Shown one piece after another: positions 36,341 to 49,009 of a stretch of 64,000 nucleotides of DNA. This DNA comes from Podarcis vaucheri (Eukaryota), in assembly GCA_965113315.1 (NCBI GenBank), contig OZ220370.1, one strand, 5' to 3'. The position numbers and the translations under genes were made by a program. The notes under the pieces were generated by a model, which ran no database searches, had not been told where the DNA came from, and worked only from the letters and a program-made list of their open reading frames with translations. Every line of letters begins with the position of its first letter. Position 1 is the first letter of the stretch.

Positions 36341-38915
36341 AACTATTTGAATTGCTCCAGTTTGTCCTGGTAATGGGCGCCAGATGTCAAAGCATAAAAG
36401 GAAGCTGGACCCGGCAAAAAGATTGCCATTTTGACCTTCTATTGAATTCCAGAACTCTTGCCCTTTTTATTTTTTGGGTTTTTTCTCCCCTGTTTCTTCC
36501 AACCAAATCAAGCATGCACAAACATGCTGAATGGAGTGGAAAAAACAGCTTGACTTTGGTGAAAGAAGTCACAAAGATATGGCCGTTTGCCACTTTTCCT
36601 GTCAGGGTGACATCTGCCACTGTTTGCTGAGATGTCTTTTGTGGGCGGGTGGGGGGTGGGCAGATAAATAAAAAGATTAACCTCAGCAGGCCTGTTTTTC
36701 CCCTTTGCCTTTAGAGCTGTTTTATCCCTCTCGGGAATGGTTTTTATTTTGGCTTCAGTCTATCCTTTAGGAAAGATGAAGGCTGTGTCTTAGGAACCTG
36801 GTTCCCCCGCCTCTAACCTCCTTTCTGCTATGGCTAGAGCCTTGACACAATTCCTCTTCTTATACAATGAGCATTTAGTTTATTTACCACTCCATTTGTC
36901 TTGGCAAAGCAGGTTTACATCTGTAAAAACGCTCAGCAGAGTAAATCAAAGTGAATACAGCCAGATGCCTGCTAGCATTGATAACAACCCTGCCTCATGA
37001 TAAAGTCAATCAGCTCCCACACAATTTATGTCTTTTAGCCTTTATACCACATTTTTGGGATAATGGATCTCTGATGTGTGCAAGGAAATCTAGGCAGGAC
37101 TATATATTTCTGTTTGTGGATAGAGATAAGGTTTAGAATAGAAGGATTTTATTATTATGATTATTTCTCAGTTGCTTTTCACATTGTTTCCATTACAACA
37201 CCTCGCTGTAGAGTTTAAATAGGAGAATAATGATAGAAAATAGTAGAAATAGTAGAATAGTAGAAAAAGTTTGAAAACAAAAAGTGTTGTGACCCTTTGG
37301 ATAGAACCTGGTTAATTGAGCCCATGCTAGGCAGTTGTCGTCTTCAGCAGCTGCATGAAATAAAAGTAGACTGACAATGAGTTTTCATGTTATTAGGTTG
37401 TATTTTGCAATGTATCGGGATCATCTGACCAAAGAATGTGGCAATGGGCAGCAGTTCAACCTAAATAGCAATGATAGATAGTGGCTTAACCAAAAAGAAT
37501 ATAGTAGAAGGCTCTATTTGTCTGAGATGTGTATCAACAATATTATCAGGAATTTTATAGTGACTGTAGGAATAAAGTACCTAGATAACATAGATATTGT
37601 CTTGCTAGATCAGACCAATGGTCCAGCATGATTATTTTTTTCTATTAATCACTCTCCTGTTACTTGTGCAAAAATCCAGCAATCATTATGCAGAAGTTTT
37701 GTTTTTGATGTGATAGTTAATAGCCATTTGTAGACCGGTTCTCTAGAAATAAGGTTTGTTTCATTTTTAAAAGCAATCCAGAGTGCAATCCATACCCAGC
37801 CCCTGGGTATGGACCAGGGTTAGGATGGCACATAGGTTTATGTTAGTCAGTCTCCATTGACAGAGAGGTGCACCACTGGGTTTCAGCTTCACCCTAGCAA
37901 CTGGAATGCAGCCATGGCTGCTTCTCTCACTGACAACTGCCTGTGGTAGACATGGCAAGAGGGCACTTTGGGTGGGAGTGAGACACCAAAGGCTTTGGAA
38001 TTGATGGATCTAAAGTCCCATGGTTCCCATCAACTACGGTTGTCTAGAGCTGTTCTCATGGAAATGACAGAAACAAGTAATCCCACCTTCCACCCTGGCC
38101 AGCACAAGCTGGCAAATCTTTGGACATGGCAGAGAATCTACTGTTTTAAACTTCCCCAAGCCCTCCTTAGGATGGCCTAGAGGTCACCACGCGTTGCAGT
38201 AATAGATTTCATGTTAATTATGAAGCATGTCAAAAAGTATTTGCTGCATAACCTCCTACCAGTTGTTTGCACTCAAGTCTCATTGGCTGGTCATCATTGG
38301 TTTGAATAGGCAGTCAGGGATTCAAAAGCAGGATCACTGATAGGTCAAAAAGAAGACTTTCGGGGCAGGGAGGGGAGTGGGTAACTGATGCTCTTTCATG
38401 CACAGAACTCAAAGTGAAAAGAAGTCTTTTGTTCCTGCTGTATAAATAAAATATTGGTTTTTCTGCCTCCTGTTAAGGAGGATGAAAAACAACACAGGAA
38501 GCAAAGGTTTAAGTTAAAGACAATTGTGCCATGTTCCTTTTTAGCAATTTAAGAAGAATAGCTTACTGTATGGACATTTCACACAGGAATTGTGACTGCA
38601 CTTGCACATCCAGTGATAAAATTGGAAGGCTTGTGCTTCTGTTACAATTTGCTTATCTGTATCAATATACAGTATATTGAAATGATTTTTCTGTTTTCTT
38701 TTGTGTTGTCAAAGAGGCAAGAGTGGCTTCATATGTAACCATCATAGGTATGGTTGACACTTCTTCTATGTGCAGCACAAGGGGGTCATCAGATAGCTGT
38801 CTGGCAAACTCCACTGTCTGTGCAGATCAAAGGCCATTGTGTGGTAACAGTATTTATCCCACTTTGTTGTGCAGCCTCCTATAGGAAACTTTTTGCAAAC
38901 TAAGGGCAGTATTCC

Positions 38916-39167
38916 TGAAATATACGATACTCAGAGTCACATAGTGATTTCATGCTCTTTATTGCAGCTTGTAAAACAGTGAATGAATCCCCCCCCCCGC
39001 CCAACCCTCTGGCTTTATATACATTATTTACACAATGGGTCCCGTCTGATTGGCTGATTCTGCTTCCCTCCTGGAGCCTGACTGGGCTGCTCCTGCAGGC
39101 CAATCAGTTGTTGCATTCTAGGATCCTACCTGCCTATTGTTCTAGGATCCAAGCTTAGTACATAACA
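38916..39167 (-). mobile_element. Solo LTR (252 bp; Gypsy or ERV, lineage unassigned)
   Basis: TG...CA termini and perfect 5-bp TSD ATTCC (38911-38915 / 39168-39172). The minus strand has CCAAT, TATATAAA and AATAAA in LTR order. Confidence 0.88.
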
Positions 39168-39507
39168 ATTCCCTTGTGGGGCAACCTTCTTAGGATCACA
39201 TACCAGTGTAGCCAGAGGCAAAAGTAGACATGGGAAGAGATGTGATATTTATTCATTTATTTGTATAAAAATATTTCAGTGCCACCATATCATAAAATAT
39301 CAGGGCAGTGTACAACCTTAAAGCATAAAACACCACTAAAACCAACACAGATATCACTGGGCAACAGTTTTTTACTTTTTGAATGTTGTCTAGATTTCTA
39401 CAACTGATTTAGGGTATTTTTGCACTGCTGAATCAGGAAATGGCATCCGTTTCTCTCCATCAGGTCAGGTTTACTGTAAACTGAATGGTGGGCATTGATA
39501 AAGGTAA

Positions 39508-39863
39508 AGGTAAAGGTACCCCTGCCCGTACGGGCCAGTCTTGCCAGACTCTAGGGTTGTGCGCCCATCTCACTCAAGAGGCCGTGGGCCAGCGCTGTCC
39601 GAAGACACTTCCGGGTCACGTGGCCAGCGTGACATCGCTGCTCTGGCGAGCCAGAGCCGCACACGGAAACGCCGTTTACCTTCCCGCTGGTAAGCGGTCC
39701 CTATTTATCTACTTGCACCCGGAGGTGCTTTCGAACTGCTAGGTTGGCAGGCGCTGAGACCGAACGACGGGAGCGCACCCCGCCGCAGGGATTCGAACCG
39801 CCGACCTTTCGATCGGCAAGCCCTAGGCGCTGAGGCTTTTACCCACAGCGCCACCTGCGTCCC
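39508..39863 (-). mobile_element. Young Sauria SINE nested in the Chapaev3-like element
   Basis: Full length with most CpGs intact. 13-bp TSD TTGATAAAGGTAA at 39495-39507 and 39865-39877. Confidence 0.97.
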
Positions 39864-39917
39864 TTTGATAAAGGTAAGTACACGTAAATTGCATGTTGCT
39901 TCACCATTTTTCAAACT

Positions 39918-41275
39918 TCAGGGCTTGAACTTCCGTTTCTTGGAACTCCTGGAATGCTCAGCGGTAGGGAGGTCTCTCTTCAGAGTCCAACAGTAGTCAG
40001 CCATCATGACTGTGTCCCAGCGACCCTGATACCTGGTCTCCATCTCTTTCATGTCCTGATGGAATCTCTCCCCCTGCTCGTCACTCATTGAACCCAGGTT
40101 CTCAGGAAACCAGTCCATATGTGAAAATAGGTATTGCATCTTGACGCTCATGTTGCAGCCCAGGTTTCTGAAAGGAGTCAGCATGTTGTTGACAAGTTCT
40201 GCGTAGTTTCTGGCCTTATTGTTGCCAAGAAAGTTATTCACTACCAGAACAAATGCCTTCCACACTACCAGTTCCACTTCGTTCATTGCGTTTCCGAACT
40301 CTGGATCTCTGATGAGCTGATGGATCTGAGGACCGTCAAAGATGCCAGCTTTCAACTTCTCCATGGTCAATCCTGGAAAAGCCTGGCACAAGTAAGTGAA
40401 GCAGTCACCATCCTTGTCCAGAGCCTTGGTGAACTGCTTGATTAAGCCAAGCTTGATGTGCAGCAGTGGAAAGAGTATTCTGTCTCTGTCCACCAGAGGG
40501 TCGTTGATGACGTTCCTTTTTTTGCAAGGTACCAATTCCTCCCGCACAGGCCAGTCCTTCTTCGTGTAATGCTGAGCACGGTCCCTACTATCCCACATGC
40601 ACAGAAAACATGGGTACTTGGTGAAGCCAGACTGTTGCCCCAACAAAAAGTTCACCATCTTCAGGTCAACACAAATAAACCACTTATGCTGATCATAACC
40701 AATTTTCTCGAGCACATACTTCACAGCTTCATAGTTCTCCTTCAGTGTAGTCGAGTGAGCCAGGGGTATAGAGGCAAACCGGTTGCCGTTGTGTAGCAGA
40801 ACACATTTCAGTGATCGCTTGCTGCTGTCAATGAACAGTCTTCAATCTTTGGGTTCATACTTTGGCACTCCAAGCTTGAGCAGAAGCTGTGCAATGTCTG
40901 CACAGTACACCAAGTCCTTCTCTTCCGAGAAAAAAACGGAAGTACTCTTGATGCCTGTTGTGGAAGAAGCTGATGCAAGCACTGTCAGAGAGGAGGTTTT
41001 TTTCCTTCAATCTGGATGCCAACAACTCGGCAGAGTCCTTTGACAAGCTGAGGTCGCGAACTAGATCATTCAACTCCTTTTGGGAAAATGGATGTGGAGC
41101 ATCATCTTCAAGAACCACTTCTTCTTCTTCATGTCCTTCAACACTGGAGGCATCTTCGTCACTAATGTCAGGAAGCTCTCCGAAGATAGGCACTGGAATT
41201 TCATCACAATGAGCTATAGGATGACGTGCTGATTGAAGATCAGGATTAACTTAGTTTTGATCCCCAACTTTATGC
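39918..41275 (-). pseudogene. DDE transposase pseudogene (Chapaev3-like)
   Basis: Motifs ELNDLVRDLSLSK, RLFIDSSKRSLK, ICVDLKMV, YPCFLCMWDSR, LHIKLGL, FDGPQI, SDEQGERFHQD and MMADYCW. Lesions: TGG>TGA at 40842-40844, +1 frameshift in the A7 run near 40930, and an apparent N-terminal deletion. Confidence 0.9.
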
Positions 41276-41699
41276 TTTGCCGCACCAATTTATGGAAGAT
41301 TTCGAGGTTTTATGACTTCAAACTGATCCCTTTTCGACATAATCACCCAGAACTATCGGACCTGAATACTTCTTGTCATTAAAATAATCACTTCTAATCA
41401 AAACAATTATTTGACATGGCATTTTATCCCCACCAACTTCTTCTAAAATGCTGCACAAAAGCGTACATGTGAACAAAAACGTAAAAAACGACATGTGGCC
41501 ATAGCTCAAAAACTTGACCCGATTAAGCAAAACCAATGTGATTTTTGGATTCAGCGCATCAGATTTGTCCTAAATCAACTGAAAAAATGCAGACAACAAA
41601 TTTGTTGTTGACCAGTGTAATCATTAAAGTGACTGGGTAATAAATTTAAACTGCTGATAAAGCCTGTTGGCAAGATGCTATTCTCCAGCCACACAAAAG

Positions 41700-41899
41700 C
41701 CAGAGGTTCTTATGACCTCCCTCCAGACAAGCAACAGACAGTATCACAGTTCCAGGTCACATTCCAGCCAGGCAAAAACACTCAAGGATGGTGTGAAACA
41801 GGGCTAGTGTGGGTTGTGGCCTGGGAAGAGTCCCAAGGACTGAACCGAAAGGCCTGGAGGACTTCATTTGGCTCCTGGGTTTGAGATGCACAACCCCTG
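41700..41899. mobile_element. hAT (Charlie-like) MITE, degenerate
   Basis: Ends 'ggcctggaggac..catttggctcc..tgagatgcacaacccctg', a typical hAT MITE right end. Confidence 0.55.
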
Positions 41900-43866
41900 A
41901 TATAAACACCATAGAATATTCCAAAAGTAAGAGAAGGGATATGAATTTCCTGGTTAGCTTTTTTGGTCAATAGGATGCTGCTGCATATTTTAGATGAGGT
42001 TTTGATACTGCAAACATCTCCAGATTTGGGGGATCTGTGACACAGAGTGGGGAAGAGACAAAAGCAGAGCCAGGAAGAATGGTAGCACAGATGGAGAGAG
42101 ATATCATCCCAATTCCCCACTCTCTTAAAATTGCAAGTAGGGATGGGGGCAGAAATTCATTTGTTTTCACCTGAAGGTGAATCTATCACAACTTTCCAAA
42201 ACAGTACCTGAACCAAAACACAGCTGTCTTTCAAAATTCACAATTGCACAAATATTGTGATGCAGTTCTCCAACCAACTGATGTTTACATGAAGGGGAAA
42301 GTGTCATTTAAGCGAATGTATTAGTGAAAATACCACAGAAAATATGTTCATGTTCATTTCTTCAAGACTCTATATCTAGCCCTACCAGCAAACAAAAGAG
42401 AACGCCCAACTTCAAAAGATACTTCCGAAGAACTGTAGTTTCCCAAAGAATCAAAGAAATTATTGCAACTTTTAACCAAACACTGGGGAGGGAGGGAAAG
42501 AGCTTTATCAGCTTTATCTTGTAACAATTAACATGACAGAGAAATACCAGAAGGAGGAGAAAAGCTTACTCATTAAAAATAACCCATTAAATCTTCATGA
42601 AGATATGTTGTGGAGGAGTCATACATCTTTAGGGATGACATAAAAAATAATCTAATGTGATGCGCAAATTTGCTCTGATATCTCTGATAGTAATTTTTCT
42701 TGATGCATAGCACTTTAGGATATTCAATAAGTGGCACTAGGCTATTTATCTTCAAGCCAAAATATGTAAAAGGTGGGGGATGTAGGCAACATTTCTCATT
42801 TAAATCCAATGAACCTGTACTTTAGATTACATCGAGCTCCTGAGCATTCAATTTGTTTTTACCCAGAAGTATTTCATGCAAATGTATCCGTGTTTACACA
42901 TTTGCACATTTAAGGGAATGCTTAAGAGCAAATAAATCTTTCTATTTCCAACTTGATATACGGTGGAATCTGTACATAAATAATGGCAGTTCATCGCTGT
43001 CTGACACATCACGTAAGCAGTCGACACATTTGGATACCATTTTCATTCTGGCAGTTGAAAAATGAGGTCCAATGAAGTCGTTGTCAGTTATTGTTTTTAT
43101 GTAGAGCATCATCAGAATATAATAATACAACGGGTGAGATCAAAGAACAGTCAAGTACTCTTGTTCTCAGACAATGGTCAGCCAGATGTCCGAAATATGA
43201 TTGCAAGGCAGGGCAAAAATGAGCAGACCAGCCTGTGATCGTCTGGCCTCGGTATCTGACAATGAGAAATGTTCTGGCTTTGATCATGGGCATTTTAATT
43301 CTAGGTACCATGGCTAGCAGCTATCAACAGAGCCAGCCTTCATTAATAGACACACACAATGCATAGAGAGAGAGCTTTTGAAATCCTTAACTGGGTTTAT
43401 TTTGCAAGAATATTGACTACCTCTCTGGGTATGTTTGAACCTGTGGAAGTTGGACGTATACAAACCATGTGTATTCCGGGGTCATAGTAATCCACGGGCG
43501 GCTGGGGGCAGTTGACACCCCCAAACCATAATTTCAAGATCTCCTTCCCTCCCTATCTGGTATTCTTCTTCTTTTTATGCTGTAAATGATCCTGTGATCC
43601 TTGGATGAAAGGTGAAATATACATTTATATTCTCCTTATATTGTTTTAGGAGCTAACAGGCTTGCCTTTCAGTTTTACATTGCCTCGTCCCTTGGGGAAA
43701 AAATCCTGTCAATCCACATGACAGGGATTCTGTTGATGTAATTATAAGCTTTTGGGGAAGTGAAGGGTAGCTAGCTTCATCTCAGTAAACTCTGGACCCT
43801 TATCTTCAGTAGGAAAGCCACCCCTTGGGAAGGAGGTACAACTACAAATGTCTATTGCCTAATGTA

Positions 43867-44124
43867 CCATATTTTTTGCTCTATAAGATGCAGCAAACCA
43901 CAAGACACACCTAGTTTTTGGAGGAGGAAAACAAGAAAAAAATATTCTGAATCTCAGAAGCCAGAACAGCAAGAGGGATTGCTGCACAGTGAAAACAGCA
44001 ATCCCTCTTGCTGTTCTGGCTTCTGGGATAGCTGCGCAGCCAGCATTCGCTCCATAAGATGCACACACATTTCCCCTTACTTTTTAGGAGGGAAAAAGTG
44101 AGTCTTATAGAGCCAAAAATACGG
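43867..44124. mobile_element. Tc2/pogo-like MITE with an internal perfect hairpin
   Basis: TA-CCATATTTTTTGCTCTATAAGA...TCTTATAGAGCCAAAAATACGG-TA. 30-bp perfect stem at 43955-43984 / 43996-44025. Confidence 0.9.
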
Positions 44125-45472
44125 TAATATATTTCCAGACTCTTCTTTGACTACTACTTTGTTCAGGAGCAAAATGTATGCTGGAATCACATCTGGAATA
44201 CAAAGCATCTTACAGCCAGAGGTAAGATTAAGTTGCCCAGTGACATGTTGTGACAACATTAAGTTCAATGGTAAGATTACCTATTAAAACTTACTATGTT
44301 TCCCTTTTAATTCAGCTACAATTATCAGGGGACAAAATAGCTAGCTGAAGTGATAAGGTGGAGCAGAGACTTAAAGGTAAGGCTGGTGCTTATAATATTC
44401 TTTTAACATTTGTGCTTAAACAGATCATTAATTATGCAATTTTCTACCTTTGGATTAAAGCGGCACTAATTGTGGGAGAAGAAAAAGTGGCACTATGAAA
44501 TTTGTCAAACTGTCATTGTTCATTTTTTGACAGAAACCGACCCTCTTTCCCTCTCCACTGTGGCCTTCACCACCCCACTGTTCAGCTGTCTGGTTTGACA
44601 ATTGTTCAGCTGTCCACCAGCAGACGCCTCTTTCACTAGCTTTAAATTGAGAGGCAGTCAGCCTTTATAGCAGGAGGGGGCAATGCCAGCTCACTGTATA
44701 GGATTTATTCTGATGAATGGCTGCCAGCCATTTCAGTGGGAGAGAGGCACGGAGGCGTGCTTTTGCAGAACTGAAAGGAATCTCCATTTCTGCAGTATGG
44801 TACTGATATTCTCTTAATTTTCCCATTTTCAAAGAAAAAGGGGAAAGAAAACTCAGCCTTCTAATTGATATCACGAACACTGACTCACCACTCATTTTAC
44901 GCCAACAACTTTAGCAACAATGCAAAAGGCTGGGGTGTGATTTGGTGTGTGTCCATGCAGTCATAGTTAAGAGGAACATGACACTGATTTACAAGAGCTG
45001 TTATCTACTAATTCGTCAGGCTATTTTATTGGGCCATTGACAGCGCTTTCAGAATGTCATCTGTATATTTCCTTCCCGTTAATAGAGTTCTCATTTCCAC
45101 AGTTTCTTTTGAATTAAAAGATGAATTGTACTATTTAGAATGTTAATTTAGTCCATACATCAAAAATGCACTTGATTGAGGCAGTATAGTACTTCAGACT
45201 CCTCACCACAACCCACTCAAGCCGAAGTGCTGATACCAATGGCAATTGGTATCTCCTTTATTCAGCTGAGAAGACTGTGGCTTATATGCAAACTCTCTAA
45301 AATATCCAACATATGGATAAAAAGGAACAATGTATAAAATAAAAATAATAATCAAGGTATGAGTCCTTGCAATGCCACCAAGAGTGCAGTTTATGTATAG
45401 GAAAATGTCCTGATCCACAGACAGATTACTATGGCTAATGGGATATGCCACTCCTAAACGCAACTTGTTCTA

Positions 45473-45604
45473 AGGGCCTCTCCAGACAGGGGTTCGAGTG
45501 CAAAATGTTCTTAACACATTAATAGTGCACCAGTGGTGGATTTATTCTACTTTAGTTTCTGTGATGCTTCTTTAGTGCTACAAAATTATTGCTGTCTGGA
45601 GGGA
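45473..45604. mobile_element. Old PIF/Harbinger-like MITE
   Basis: Imperfect TIRs GGCCTCTCCAGACAG / CTGTCTGGAGGGAC. Confidence 0.45.
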
Positions 45605-46309
45605 CTGCGGCACATCAAAAGCAGGACAAAAAATAAACTGAACAAATTGGGCTTCTTCCAAATGTTGCAGATGCAAGGCAGATCCTGTTGATTGCTACAC
45701 ACCCTTTAATCTATTTATTAGGAAGTTCTATAAGGAAAAGGAAAACTCTGATGCTAAACCTCCACTGTCTTATGACTATAATCTATAATCAAGTTACCAA
45801 TCTCTGCAGCTCCAGCAGTTTGACTTCATCCTCTTGAGACAGATGGGTGGCAACAAAAGTTCTATATCAGAACTTATTTCTGGGTTATGATCGTTACCTT
45901 ATTGAGATGTGAATGACTGTAACCCTTTGCAATTATTTAACCACTAGAAAGATAGATCAAATTGCTGTAATGGTCCATTTGACCTAGTAATGTGAGTTCC
46001 AATAGCATGAGTTGATTGACATTGGGTGATGAAAACCAAAAGCTTTGCAAAGCACCCATGGATGCCCCAGAGTCCATGCACCTGTAGCTTCTGCTGCAGT
46101 AGCTCCCGCCAACGATGAAGTGGATAGGAGCTCCAGAATCACCTTCCTCCTTGAAGGCAGGAGGCAAAGGGCAGCATTATAACTCAGCCAGCCTAGTGGT
46201 TTGAAATACGGCATTGCTTTGATTGATGGTTTGCTTTATTGAGTGCTATTAGAAACCACTTTGATCACCCAGTGGTGAAAAATGGCTTACAAATGGTGGA
46301 ATAAATAAT

Positions 46310-46527
46310 GGGTTGTATCTAGTGCTGCAGTTTAGCTGCACAGCAGACTTCCACTTGCATAATGGTACTTTCCCCTTGTTTCTCATGGAACCTCCCAGAC
46401 AATCTCAAAATCTGTTCCAGAGGGTTGGGAGACTAGAGTAAATTTTGGGGTTCCATGAGGAGAGGAAAGGGAAGGGAAGTCTTGTAGCACCAGGGGAGCA
46501 CTGCTCATGCCACATTAGATACAGTCC
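46310..46527. mobile_element. Old palindromic MITE (GGGTTGTATC...GATACAGTCC)
   Basis: Imperfect TIRs and loose internal symmetry. Confidence 0.5.
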
Positions 46528-48970
46528 AATATAAATAAGATTAAATAAGTTAAAGTTTCAAATGAATAAACACAATTTATTTTTTATTTCTTTGAATTTA
46601 TAACCTGCTTTTCACCACAAAGTCCCAGGAAAGGGCAAGTACTGTTCCACAATACAGTTTTAAAATAATAAAAATAACAATTAAGTTAAGATGGCAACCA
46701 GCACCACAACACTGCAGGAAGGGTGCTACACAATAGGGTCTATCGCCACATGACCTTCAGCTGCAGTCAAAAGTGGCCCAGCCCAGGCACAGAATTACTT
46801 CCTCAGTTAAAACCTGAGCTGTTTTCGATGAGTTTCTGGTTTTGAAATCACAAACTGCCTTTCCTCGTTTTGATTTCTGGGCTGGCTCTTCCAGGAAACA
46901 TCACTATGAACAAAGATAATTAAAATGTAGAGACATGTTTTCTTCCATTCTTGCATTTTATTTATTGCACCACACTTCGGTGCAACTCTATCTAGTCTTA
47001 ATTGTACAATCTACAATTTAATTAAACTGTAATACTTACATATAAGCTAAGGGAAATTTTTATCCTAAGCACATTTTGTGGAATTATGTCCAGCTGATTT
47101 CACTAGAAAGTTAAATGCTAAATGAATTTTAGGAATGTCGAGGAATTTAATGCCCCAGAATTGAGTCAGAAGGCTCCTTTTAGCTCAAGTAATGAGAAGA
47201 TGTGATAGTGTATGAATGAAGGGGGGCAATAGTGACCTTCTTTCTATTCTTTACTGTGTGAACTGAATTTAGCCAGTCAAAGCCATACATTGTATATGAC
47301 GTTTTTACAGCCATTCTAGAAATAGTCTTCTGGGGCTGAGCTACTTTTCACATCCTCTTATTTTAAACAAACTAAGCTATTTCAGCACTCATCAGACACT
47401 CTCCTTCAGAGGTTCCTATAAGATATTTCACAGCAAATGTATTATTGTCACTGAAGAGACTATTTTGACAGTGATGTCTGAACGTTTGTTTATTTCTTTG
47501 CTGGTTGGAAGCAATCCTTCCCCTTCCCTAAAAACAACAGAATTGAATTTCCTGAAAGATGGCATGGCTGAATAGCTGGAACCATGACCAGACACACTCC
47601 TTAGTGTGGCATTTGCAGGTGTTTACCTGAACACTCTTAAACTGTATTTGTGAAGGGGAGACAGGTGTGGGCATACAAGCCCTCTCTCAGAGTTCTCATG
47701 CACATTGACTTGCACTTTTGGTGATGAAACCTTCCTTGTGTTGAGAGTGGGTGTCAGTTGTGGGAAAAGGCAAAATCCAAGCTAAGGATCATGAGGATAG
47801 GAAAGAAAGAGGGGTTGGTTTGGTTAACCAATTTGCATGCCTCCCCTCTGAGTCACAATGCAGGATGCAGCCAGTGCCATCACTTATTAACACTAGTTGG
47901 GTAAGATATATAAGCTAGCAGGTACTATATTTGCAAATGACTGCTTCTGATCTAACAATCTGCTTGCACTGCTAATACCTTCCAAAATGTCTTAATTTGC
48001 TCATTAAATCATAATTATAACCTACTGTACCTTTAGGCACCATAGGAGTTTGAAATTCTACCATTTTGCTTGTTATTTTGCTCAGTGGTCAAGCTGTTCT
48101 AGCAATTGCCTGGCCCAGGCTGACACCCAAATGGTGTCTCCATCTGGCCAGTGGGTAGCTGGTTCCAGAAATGATTGACCTTGCTGCTGGGCTTGCCAAC
48201 ACTTGATCTAACTGGGACTTTGCTGCTTTGCCTCTAGGATAATTTCTTTTCCTCTTGTCTGCTGGCTAAGCTAGTTCTTCAGCTGGCGTCTCACCAAGCT
48301 CACCCAGTTGCAGCTTTTCCATCTGGTTTATTCTTGGAAACATCAACTGATGTTGCTTCTCAATTATAACTCTTTCATTCTCAGCCCTTTTTACATATAT
48401 CCTCAGTCTACTGTGCACTGCCTTAATCCCTTCCTAAATGCAGAGCCTGAGTCTTGTGATATAACCTCCTGTGCTCCACACCTGTAGCTCTCAGTAATGT
48501 TCTGCTTTCTTTATCTTCATTGCCACACTTTCCTTGTGCTGTGCACATCATTTTTATTCCTTTGCATTCCATAACAGACCTACTTAGAGTACAGAGGCAG
48601 CTAGTTCTATACTGTAATGCACTAAGAGATGCTGTGGGATAGTGATAAAGTCTTTGGCAACAAACAACTGAATTGATGTGAGAGTTTGTAATGTTTGTGT
48701 ACATTCTATATGCTGATAATTTTTAAACTGTATTTAATGTGATTTTCAATATGAATAAAAAAGATTTACATTAACAGAGCAAATGATGAAATACAAACTT
48801 TGTTTCTTTTTGTAAAAAGCAAACCCGAGCTTAAAGAATATATGGTCAAACCCACCATATAATTAAATACCATTTAATGCACATGTAAAACATGTGGGGT
48901 CCCATAAACTGTAATTTGTCCCTCACAGAGCTATAATTCCCAGCACCCTTAACAAATAACAGTTACCACA

Positions 48971-49009
<39 letters not shown>
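48971..49009. repeat. (ATT)n microsatellite inside an old palindromic MITE (~48850-49045)
   Basis: Direct reading. The flank 'cctcacagagctataattcccagcacccttaacaaa' is a common reptile MITE body. Confidence 0.9.

Larger units (their letters stand above)
39355..41617 (-). mobile_element. Chapaev3-like (CMC superfamily) DNA transposon with both termini
   Basis: CACTGG(G/T)CAACA termini at both ends. Shared subterminal blocks TGTTGTCT, TGATTTAGG and GCTGAATC. Flanks are TAT / TAA (TWA-like, imperfect). Internal transposase remnant. Confidence 0.75.

Noticed and set aside
39918-40724. 268-aa ORF as a host or domesticated gene
   Set aside because: It lies between transposon termini, has an upstream stop and frameshift, and lacks the first catalytic Asp.
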